NCBI GenBank assembly: GCA_038243585.1
Contig: JBBSQY010000040.1
Location: 1-31,640, forward strand
DNA: 31,640 nucleotides
Reading direction: 5' to 3'
From: Candidatus Sumerlaeales bacterium
Lineage (GTDB): Bacteria > Sumerlaeota > Sumerlaeia > Sumerlaeales > Sumerlaeaceae
The position numbers and the translations under genes are program-made. The notes under the pieces were generated by a model. That model had not been told where the DNA came from, searched no databases, and saw nothing but the letters and a program-made list of their open reading frames with translations. Below are positions 1 to 7,839 of this stretch, one piece after another (position 1 is the stretch's first letter; each line of letters opens with the position of its first letter).

Positions 1-117
1 ACCGCGCGCCGTGAAACGAAGACCGAAAAACTATCAGAGACTGACGAAACCCAGAAAGGATTTCAAGGAATGTCTTCACCGGAGCCGATACAAGAAACCT
101 TTAACTTAGTGCCATTC
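1..117 (+). mobile_element. Right end of an IS4-family insertion sequence (transposase C-terminus 2..109 plus terminal inverted repeat 101..117)
   Basis: Frame 2 reads PRAVKRRPKNYQRLTKPRKDFKECLHRSRYKKPLT*, and the (E)PRAVKRRPK tail is typical of IS4-family transposases. The stop lies inside TTAACTTAGTGCCATTC, which resembles IS4-type termini ending in GTGCCATT. Truncated by the window edge. Confidence 0.8.
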
Positions 118-296
118 GGGACAGGCACCAATTAAACGGATTTGCGACGTATGGCACTAGTGTGGTGCGTCTATAGCCAGGTTCCGGCTTAGTTCTCTGC
201 GACCCATTCGGGGCCGACCTTTTATGGTCTGTTTGACATCCGATAATGTGCGGTTTAATGCGTCGGGCTTTCAGTCCTGAACTTTTGGGGGTAGCG

Positions 297-702
297 GGAC
301 GCCTGTGCATCTTTTTTAGTCCCAGATTCCTGGGGCTTCGCCCCAGGCTGATGTGTGGTTGCGGTCTTTTTCAATAAGTACGTATTTCTCCGGGTGGGCG
401 CTCCGCTCGGGTTAAGGCGGTGCTGAATCACCGCACTCCAAGATGTTGGTCTTGCTTATTTGCGGGAAGGCAGTGGAACGGTGGGGCGGGTCTGGGAGGG
501 GCGGGAATGTCTGTTGTACTGACAGAGGCCGGACGCCTATGCTGCTTCTTTAATCGCAGAATCCAGGGGGTTGGCCCAGCACTGTATGTGTTGCGGTCTT
601 TTTCAATAAGTTACGTGTTTCTCCTGGTGGTCGCTCCGCTCGGGTTAAGGCGGTGATGAATCACCGCACTCCAGGATGTTGGTCTTGGTTGTTTGCGGGA
701 AG
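297..702. repeat. Imperfect tandem duplication (~297-469 and ~531-702, offset ~233 nt) carrying REP-like hairpins
   Basis: Both copies share GGACGCCT...TTGCGGTCTTTTTCAATAAGT...CGCTCCGCTCGGGTTAAGGCGGTG(C/A)TGAATCACCGCACTCCA...GATGTTGGTCTTG...TTTGCGGGAAG. Hairpins: CCTGGGGC-TTC-GCCCCAGG (329-347) and GCGGTG-N6-CACCGC (417-434, 650-667). Confidence 0.9.
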
Positions 703-767
703 ATGGCGGGTTGGCGGTTTGTGTTTCTGTCCTTGCAAATGCTGGTGGCTGTATCTGTATTTTGATT

Positions 768-2117
768 ATGTGCTTACGATACCTGTCTTCGACTTTTCTG
801 TGTTTTGCATTTCTTATGGTGTGTGGGGTGGGGGGTGGTCATCCGGCGGATGAGAATCCTGATTTGACTTTGCCGGAATCGACGCTGGAGTTTCGTCAGG
901 ATCGGTTTGGTATGTTTATCCACTGGGGCATCTCGAGCGTTTTGTGTGACGGCGATGGGGTGATGAAGGAGCGGCGACTGGCTGTTTCGGATTATGAGAA
1001 GCTGGCGCAGTTTTTTAATCCGGCTGAGTTTAACGCGGCGGAGTGGGTGAGCCTTGCGAAGTCGGCGGGGATGCGCTATGTTGTTTTTACGGCGAAACAC
1101 CATGATGGATTTGCCATGTGGGGGTCGAAGGCCAGCGACTGGAACGTTGTGAAGCTGACGCCGTTTGCCCGGGATGTCGTGAAGGAGCTGGCGGAGGAGT
1201 GCAAACGGGAAAAGATAAAATTATTCCTCGGCTATTCGCAGCTGGACTGGCGTTTTTCGGAGTTGGTCGGGCCTGAGGCCGCACAGACTGTAAACGCCGA
1301 TATTGTCGAAGCGGCGGATGATGACGCCACAACGACGCCTCTCAACTATACTGATGCGCAACTGACGGAACTGCTTACCGATTATGGTAAGATTGATGGC
1401 GTATGGCTGGACGGATGGATGGATCGACCGGGGGCGGAGGCGCAGCTACAGCGCACTTATGGGATCATCCGAAAGTTGCAGCCTGGCGCGCTTATTGGCA
1501 ATAATCATGGCCTGGCGCCGTTGCCGGGTGAGGATTTTCAAATGCGGGTCCAGCAGACCCCTGACCTGAATTCGCGGGACCAGATGGAGACGGGGAATTC
1601 GGATGACCTTGAGTACAGCCCCGTCCCGTTGGAGGTCTCTAATACGATCAATCGCAGCCTGGGATATCGGCTGACTGACGACGATTATAAATCGCTGCGT
1701 GAGCTGATCCACTCGCTGGTGGGGGCGGCGGGGATCGACGCCAATTTGTTGCTGAATGTGGGGGCGATGCCTAATGGGCGGATCCAGCCGGAATTCGCCG
1801 AAAGGCTGCGCCGGATCGGGATGTGGCTGGCGAAGAATGGCGAGTCAATTTATGCGACGCGCGGCGGTCCGGTTGCGCCTCAACCCTGGGGCGTGACGAC
1901 CCATCGGGGTGACAAGGTTTATGTACACGTGCTGGATGCTGAAACCACGTCGGTCACTATCCGGCTCCCGACCAGGCTGCGGACGGCCCGATATCTTGTC
2001 GACGAAAGCGATGTTCCGTTTCAGGAGACAGACGGCACGATTGTTCTGACCCTGCGTCCGGAACGCAGAGGGGAATTGGAACGCCTGCTGGTGTTGCAGA
2101 CGATGCGTCCTCTCTGA
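768..2117 (+). CDS. Secreted GH29 alpha-L-fucosidase-like protein (active site possibly degenerate)
   Basis: RFGMFIHWG, TAKHHDGF, WLDGW (nucleophile Asp), NLLLNVG and WLAKNGESIYATR motifs plus a C-terminal beta domain. ATG 768 gives a signal-peptide-like N-terminus, whereas the track start at 693 lies in the repeat. Confidence 0.88.
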   Translation: MCLRYLSSTFLCFAFLMVCGVGGGHPADENPDLTLPESTLEFRQDRFGMFIHWGISSVLCDGDGVMKERRLAVSDYEKLAQFFNPAEFNAAEWVSLAKSAGMRYVVFTAKHHDGFAMWGSKASDWNVVKLTPFARDVVKELAEECKREKIKLFLGYSQLDWRFSELVGPEAAQTVNADIVEAADDDATTTPLNYTDAQLTELLTDYGKIDGVWLDGWMDRPGAEAQLQRTYGIIRKLQPGALIGNNHGLAPLPGEDFQMRVQQTPDLNSRDQMETGNSDDLEYSPVPLEVSNTINRSLGYRLTDDDYKSLRELIHSLVGAAGIDANLLLNVGAMPNGRIQPEFAERLRRIGMWLAKNGESIYATRGGPVAPQPWGVTTHRGDKVYVHVLDAETTSVTIRLPTRLRTARYLVDESDVPFQETDGTIVLTLRPERRGELERLLVLQTMRPL

Positions 2118-2150
2118 TCCCGTAGCGCGGCGCGGTTCCAGTCCGGAACG

Positions 2151-4664
2151 TTAGTAAAGTTGCCAGTCGCCGACGCTGGTCGATCCTGTGAACTGAGCAG
2201 TAAGTACTTTACTGGTGTCCATGGTGATCGGCAGAGGATTTGCGAATTGCAGGCCTGCCGGAAAGTCTCCGGTCCACCTCATGAAAGAATGGCCCGGCGC
2301 ACCGGTCGCTGTTAGAGTGACGGCTGCGTTGGGAGCGTAAAACGCATCATTGACCGATCTTGATACGGTGCCGTCGATCGCCTTGACCACGAGACTTTTC
2401 GCGGTTCCGGCCACGCCGCGCGCCAGGGTCTGAAACGCTCCGTCGCCGTCCATATCGTCTGCCCACACCACTAGGTAACGTCCGCTTTTGTGAGCGCTGA
2501 CAACCGGATTTTTACGGACCTCGGGTCCGAATTTGTGGGTTACCGCAGTCACCGGGTTTACCCTTATGTCAGCAGCATTAAGCCTCGAACCTGTAATGTT
2601 ATACGCATTGGACATCATCTGATAGCCGGACCCGCTAACGCCGTTGTCTTCCCAGACGGGATACCAATTGCCCAGGGAATCCATGTCGACAGCAGGATTG
2701 ATCTGATTCCCGGTAGAAATAACATTGACGGTACGTTCGGAAAATAGCTCGGCACCCACTGGCGTGAAACCCCTCGCCTTGATCTGGTAGGAACTGTTCA
2801 GGTCGGCATCATCTTCCCACACGACCACGAAGCGGCCTGTGTCGTCCATGGCGATGTCAGGGCTGATCTGTTCTCCTACGGTAGTGGCGTTGGCGAAGAT
2901 CTGTGAGAAGCGTTCGGCCTCATTCGCGAGGAAACCTCTCATGCCCAGGTCCCATGTGCCGGAACTGTCGTCCTCCCAGGCAACTACATAATTACCGTTG
3001 CCCGCCATGGCAATAACCGGATTCACCTGCTGTCCGGCGGCGACCGTGTTAATGGTTTTGGCGGCAAACCGCGGCACGTTGCTCGCGTTAAAGCCACGAG
3101 CCCGGATCTCAAAGAGTCCGTTGCCGTCCGCGTCGTCTGCCCAGACTACGATGAAATTTCCTGCGTTATCCACGGCGACATCAGGATTCGTAACAGTTCC
3201 CGGACCTGTTACGGAAGTGACAACCTGTTCGGCGGCGCCTGTGGGTGTTCCATCTGCGTTATACGATCGCATTTTGATCTCTGTGGTACCGCTCTGCCAT
3301 GCCAAAACGAACTTGCCATCCGGACGCATTGCCATAGATGGATTAACGGCGTTAATGGAATTGACGCCCACGGTGTTAACAATGGTTTTTGCAAAACGAA
3401 CGTTGCCGTCAGAGTCAAAACCTCGCGCAAACAGATGGTAAATGCCGTTGTTATCGTTGTCCTCTTCCCATACGCCTGCCCAGTCGCCATTATCCGCCTG
3501 GCCAATATCCGGGTCAAGCTGATCGCTGTTCAGATCGTTACTGATGCCCATGGCATGGAACCCAACGCTCCGGTTTAAATAGGTATAGGGGGGAGTCGCG
3601 GCAGTCATGTTGTAATTCAACGAGAACAAATGGTCCGCGCCGAGCGGGTTCTTAGAATAAGGTCCGTTATAGAGGGCACTGATCCCGTTAGTAAAAATGG
3701 TCGGATCTCCGGGCGCAGCAGTTATCGTGCTTCCGTTTATCTTGTTAGCGGCGGGGTCAAACTGCATTATGCGCAGCCAGCCGTTGCCGAGATTGTTTCC
3801 GGTTCCTAGCACTTTCTCGCCCTGGTAATCGACCAGCATTTCATAGATGGCGTTGCCGCCGACACCATACTTCGTGTTGGTCACAGATTCCGTTACGTGA
3901 CCGCAAACAACCAAAAACACGTTGCTATGCCGACTCGCGCATTCGTCGAAAATTTCCGCGCCCGCAGCGCCAACCGTTCCCGCGGCCGATCCGGCCTGTC
4001 CGCCGTAATTCCCGCTGGTTGTCATATATCCGTGCGTGAAGATGACAACCCGGTGATTGGGGTGACTGCTGATCAGGTTGTTCGCCCAGGTAAGCACTTC
4101 CTTGCGCGGTGCATATTCCAGTCCGACCACCAGAAAATCGAGCCCGTTGGACGAAAAGTAAGTGTAATTATTTTCATTATGATCCGTGGTTTCGCCCATG
4201 TTTCCGCCATACCAGGATTTGGTATTAAAGCGCTGTGGACCGACTACGGCATTATAGAGGGCAAGATTTCTCAGGTTAGCCCCCGGCCATCCGGTACTTG
4301 TTTTGTAGTCGTGATTGCCCGGAACTACGGCATAGGGAACGTTCGCGTTGTCCAGGATTGTATAAGCGGCGTTTGCGGTGCCCCATTGGGCGAAGGTATT
4401 GTCGTTTGTGAGGTCTCCCAGCCAGATCACATGCTGAGTGTTATACGCGGTTTTGTTGTCACGGATCCAATTTGCCTGGCGGCGATAAATATCGTAGAGG
4501 ACGGGATGATTTGAGGTTGTATAATATTGAGGGTCGGGCATGCAGATGAGGGAAAACGGCTGGGCCTGAACTGTAGACGACGTCAGGATGCCAAAACCTG
4601 TCGCGAGCAGGACAAGAGCGTGCTTGCGCGCGGTTCTGCCGCAATTAGTGATTGGGTGAAACAT
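2151..4664 (-). CDS. Secreted calcineurin-like metallophosphoesterase with ~55-aa beta-propeller-like repeats, an InlB-B-repeat-like domain and a C-terminal VGDWQLY motif
   Basis: Signal peptide ending VQA; PDPQ, GDLT, PGNHD, FTH and GHV metal-site motifs; 6-7 repeats of P.IAMD..G.F.VVWEDD....ARGF...G; VTLTATGAPGHSFMRWTGD. Likely start is ATG 4664 after GGAAGGAAG. Confidence 0.8.
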   Translation of the reverse strand: MFHPITNCGRTARKHALVLLATGFGILTSSTVQAQPFSLICMPDPQYYTTSNHPVLYDIYRRQANWIRDNKTAYNTQHVIWLGDLTNDNTFAQWGTANAAYTILDNANVPYAVVPGNHDYKTSTGWPGANLRNLALYNAVVGPQRFNTKSWYGGNMGETTDHNENNYTYFSSNGLDFLVVGLEYAPRKEVLTWANNLISSHPNHRVVIFTHGYMTTSGNYGGQAGSAAGTVGAAGAEIFDECASRHSNVFLVVCGHVTESVTNTKYGVGGNAIYEMLVDYQGEKVLGTGNNLGNGWLRIMQFDPAANKINGSTITAAPGDPTIFTNGISALYNGPYSKNPLGADHLFSLNYNMTAATPPYTYLNRSVGFHAMGISNDLNSDQLDPDIGQADNGDWAGVWEEDNDNNGIYHLFARGFDSDGNVRFAKTIVNTVGVNSINAVNPSMAMRPDGKFVLAWQSGTTEIKMRSYNADGTPTGAAEQVVTSVTGPGTVTNPDVAVDNAGNFIVVWADDADGNGLFEIRARGFNASNVPRFAAKTINTVAAGQQVNPVIAMAGNGNYVVAWEDDSSGTWDLGMRGFLANEAERFSQIFANATTVGEQISPDIAMDDTGRFVVVWEDDADLNSSYQIKARGFTPVGAELFSERTVNVISTGNQINPAVDMDSLGNWYPVWEDNGVSGSGYQMMSNAYNITGSRLNAADIRVNPVTAVTHKFGPEVRKNPVVSAHKSGRYLVVWADDMDGDGAFQTLARGVAGTAKSLVVKAIDGTVSRSVNDAFYAPNAAVTLTATGAPGHSFMRWTGDFPAGLQFANPLPITMDTSKVLTAQFTGSTSVGDWQLY

Positions 4665-4736
4665 GGAAACTGATACTTCCTTCCGCAAATGGCGTTACCC
4701 CAATAATGATACTTCGCAAATACGCATTCTGGAATA

Positions 4737-4765
4737 CTTATATGGCATCAGGTATTCCGCGTCAA
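4737..4765 (-). promoter_or_regulatory. Putative sigma70 promoter of the metallophosphoesterase gene
   Basis: TTGACG-N17-TATAAG on the minus strand. Confidence 0.5.
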
Positions 4766-5034
4766 GGGGTAAAGTCACGTGTAAATAACGCCGAATAAGG
4801 CAATCTCCAGGGACGAATTACGGGTTGCCTCAAGATTGGTACAGCAGCTCTAGGGCGATGGGCCGTGGAAGATCACTGCCTATTTGGTTCGAAAGCAGTC
4901 TGTCTGCAATTACCCAGTTGACTTTGATGATCCGGAGATATTGAAATTTAATCAACATCAACGGGATCAATATATTGATTCCAACCGGTGCGGCAAGTAC
5001 GCCCGAACAACAAATTCCAGGAGAACAACTACAC

Positions 5035-6153
5035 ATGAAAAAGTTCATTCCGTTATTCCTCGCCCTGCCTCTGATGATGGCCGGCCCCGCAGCATTTGCC
5101 CAGACCACAGGAACCGCAACTGTGACCGAAGACGGCGTCATTGCCGGCACTATGGACATCGTGTTTAAAACCCGCACGGACGTAAATGCCGAAGGCGTAG
5201 CTAACGAAGGGGCAAAGGACGAGTACACGTTTAACCTCGATGTGGCGCAGACCACCAATTACAATGGCAAGATCACCCGCCAGCCAGTCCTGAAAAGCAA
5301 GTATCTGCAACAGGTAACGCAGGAAGCCGGACTCGGCTTTGACGTAAAACTGGTAGTTCGCAATCCCAATGACCTGAAGCAGAAACGCGAAGTGGGCAAG
5401 TGGGTCGGGTTCGCCCCCATTAACCCTGAGACTGGCGTATACAATTTAGCGGGGGGGTCCTCCGTACAGCGTCCTTTGCGTATCGCTGTGGACGCCATTG
5501 GATCTGCATCTGCGTTCCAGGACTCATTTGGCGGTAAAATGGTTGGAAAATCTTCCGACAAAGGAACGCTCAGCGACCAGATATTTAAGCGTATTATTGG
5601 CGGACGCGAAGTAAAGATCGAGGTCAAGAAAAGCGATCCCATGAAGTTCCAGAGCGTGGTGCTCGCCAAAGGCCCCGCGACCAGCTATCCTCGCACCACC
5701 GTGAACGGGCAGCTTGTGTATGATTACGAGACGGGCAACTGGTACACTGACGGCATCAAGTTTAACTACAACCTGAACGGCCAGGAAGTTAACGACGTAA
5801 TGACCGGCTCCATTAAGTGGGAAGAGGATCCGGAACGCAAGGCCAACGGCAAAGGTTCATACGTTTTCAACCTTCGCTTTAACGAAGACAAGCACAAGGC
5901 GCCGCAGACGGAAGCCGCCGCATTTGACCAGATGAGCGAAGAAGACGCATTCTTCGCCGTGGATACCTCCTTGCCTACGTTGACCGGCACCATTGAATAT
6001 GTTGATACATTTATTGCCGGCGGTGGCGACGAGCCAACTCCATCCAGCTCAAAGGTTACCTATAAGCTGAACGCATCCAAGCTGACAAAGGTGCAAATCA
6101 CCAATTTCTTCAAGCTGTGGCTGATCGGCGTAGGACCGACAAACGACGAGTAA
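5035..6153 (+). CDS. Secreted beta-rich hypothetical protein
   Basis: AGGAGA RBS before ATG 5035; Sec signal MKKFIPLFLALPLMMAGPAAFA; long ORF with host-like codon use; no recognised motif. Confidence 0.8.
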   Translation: MKKFIPLFLALPLMMAGPAAFAQTTGTATVTEDGVIAGTMDIVFKTRTDVNAEGVANEGAKDEYTFNLDVAQTTNYNGKITRQPVLKSKYLQQVTQEAGLGFDVKLVVRNPNDLKQKREVGKWVGFAPINPETGVYNLAGGSSVQRPLRIAVDAIGSASAFQDSFGGKMVGKSSDKGTLSDQIFKRIIGGREVKIEVKKSDPMKFQSVVLAKGPATSYPRTTVNGQLVYDYETGNWYTDGIKFNYNLNGQEVNDVMTGSIKWEEDPERKANGKGSYVFNLRFNEDKHKAPQTEAAAFDQMSEEDAFFAVDTSLPTLTGTIEYVDTFIAGGGDEPTPSSSKVTYKLNASKLTKVQITNFFKLWLIGVGPTNDE

Positions 6154-6246
6154 ACCCGTCGGCCGCCGCATTCCCTGCTTTTCCGTTTCTCATGGGCCAG
6201 GTGTCCATGCCACGCTTTTCATTATCCCTCATATGGAGATCATACT

Positions 6247-7788
6247 TTGAGCGCTTTTTACCGCATCCTGCGGCGCATGAACGACCCTGCGGCCCATGAA
6301 GCCGACCGCCTTGCCCGGCGTGAATTTCTGAAAATGATGGCTGCAGGCGTCGGGGCTTTTGCGGTTTCGCAAATTCCGGTGCTGGGCAACGCCGCCAGCA
6401 ATGACTGGGGCACGACCGGAACGCTGAACGCCAAACCGAACGGCAAGAGTGTGATCGTCATCGGAGCTGGCTTTGCCGGTCTGGCGGCGGCTTATGAGCT
6501 GGCCGCCGCCGGCTTCGATGTGACAGTGCTTGAGGCGCGCAATCGAGTGTCTGGCCGGGTGTTGTCCACCGGCGATTTCATCAAGGGCAAAACGGTTGAA
6601 CTAGGCGGCGAACTGATCGGCTCAAATCACCATGCATGGATGCATTACGCCAGTGTGTTCGGGCTGGAATTCATCGATGTCACGGAAGACGAAGAACTGG
6701 ATGCGCCCATCGCGCTGGATGGCAAACTCCTGGGAATGGAAGAAGCAGCGGCGCTCTGGGAAGAGATGGATGCATCGTTAAAACTCATGAACGCCGACGC
6801 GGAAAAAGTGCTTGATCCCACCCAGCCCTGGCTGAGCGTCGATGCGCTTTTCGCAGACAAAATGAGCGTGGATGACTGGATTCAGAAACAACCTGTCTCT
6901 GATACGTGCAAACGCGCCCTGGCGGCTATGCTTACCAATGACAACGCCGTGGATGTGAAAAAGCAGTCGTACCTGGGAATGCTGTCTGCCATCAAGGGCG
7001 GCGAAGGCGACAAGTATTGGACGGATTCCGAGGTCTACCGCTGTAAAGGCGGCAACATGCGACTGGCCCAGGCACTGGCGCACCATCTGGGCAAGCGGGT
7101 TAACCTCGGGCTGGCCGCCACCTCCATCGTCACGACTGCTTCCGGAGTGACGGTAAAGTGCAGGGATGGCCGCACCATTGACGCTGATGAAGTCGTACTG
7201 GCGGTGCCGCCGTCGGTATGGTCGAAGATTTCCATGAACGTGCCGGACGACTATACGACCCAGATGGGCACGGCGGTTAAGTATTTCTCACGGTTTGAGA
7301 CGGCTTTCTGGCTGGACAACAAGCTGAGCCCCTACTCCATCGGAAATGGTGTCGTCGGCTGGACCTGGGATGGCACCGACAACCAGGGCAACGAGCCGGG
7401 TCATTGCCTGACCGCGTTTACCGGCGGACCAAAGGCTGCGGAAGTCGCTGAGATGGGCGAAGATGTCCGCAAGGCCGCTTACAGCAAAGAACTGGAGCAA
7501 CTGTACCCTGGCTATAAAGCCGGTGTGAAAGAGGCGCGGCCTATGCTGTGGCCAAAGGAGCCGTGGACTCTGGCCGGCTATTCCTTCCCTGCGCCAGGCC
7601 AGGTAACCACCGTGGCCCGCAAACTCCACGAGGGCATTGGACGCCTTCATTTTGCCGGAGAGCATACCAGCATGGCTTTTGCCGGCTATATGAACGGCGG
7701 CTTGGAATCAGGGCGAAGAGTGGCCCGCCAGATTGTGGAAAAAAATCGCGCGACAGCAGTACCGGTTCCGGCAGCCATACCGGCCTGA
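6247..7788 (+). CDS. Tat-exported flavin monoamine oxidase / L-amino-acid oxidase family protein
   Basis: Twin-arginine RREFLK plus hydrophobic stretch; IGAGFAGLAAA Rossmann motif; EARNRVSGR; ELGGELI; C-terminal FAGEHT...GYMNGGLESGRRVA. Confidence 0.9.
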   Translation: MSAFYRILRRMNDPAAHEADRLARREFLKMMAAGVGAFAVSQIPVLGNAASNDWGTTGTLNAKPNGKSVIVIGAGFAGLAAAYELAAAGFDVTVLEARNRVSGRVLSTGDFIKGKTVELGGELIGSNHHAWMHYASVFGLEFIDVTEDEELDAPIALDGKLLGMEEAAALWEEMDASLKLMNADAEKVLDPTQPWLSVDALFADKMSVDDWIQKQPVSDTCKRALAAMLTNDNAVDVKKQSYLGMLSAIKGGEGDKYWTDSEVYRCKGGNMRLAQALAHHLGKRVNLGLAATSIVTTASGVTVKCRDGRTIDADEVVLAVPPSVWSKISMNVPDDYTTQMGTAVKYFSRFETAFWLDNKLSPYSIGNGVVGWTWDGTDNQGNEPGHCLTAFTGGPKAAEVAEMGEDVRKAAYSKELEQLYPGYKAGVKEARPMLWPKEPWTLAGYSFPAPGQVTTVARKLHEGIGRLHFAGEHTSMAFAGYMNGGLESGRRVARQIVEKNRATAVPVPAAIPA

Positions 7789-7800
7789 CAATAGCGACAC

Positions 7801-7839
7801 TCGCCTGGTCCGCGGCCTTAGTTTCTGCGGACCAGGCGA
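7801..7839. terminator. 13-bp perfect inverted repeat between convergent genes (possible bidirectional terminator)
   Basis: TCGCCTGGTCCGC (7801-7813) pairs with GCGGACCAGGCGA (7827-7839); no strong U-tract. Confidence 0.5.

Noticed and set aside
297..702. Possible CRISPR array
   Set aside because: Only two long degenerate copies, no unique spacers and no cas genes.
101..853. Short ORFs 101..310, 420..656 and 653..853
   Set aside because: They are translations of the duplicated REP-like DNA; the similar N-termini come from the repeat.
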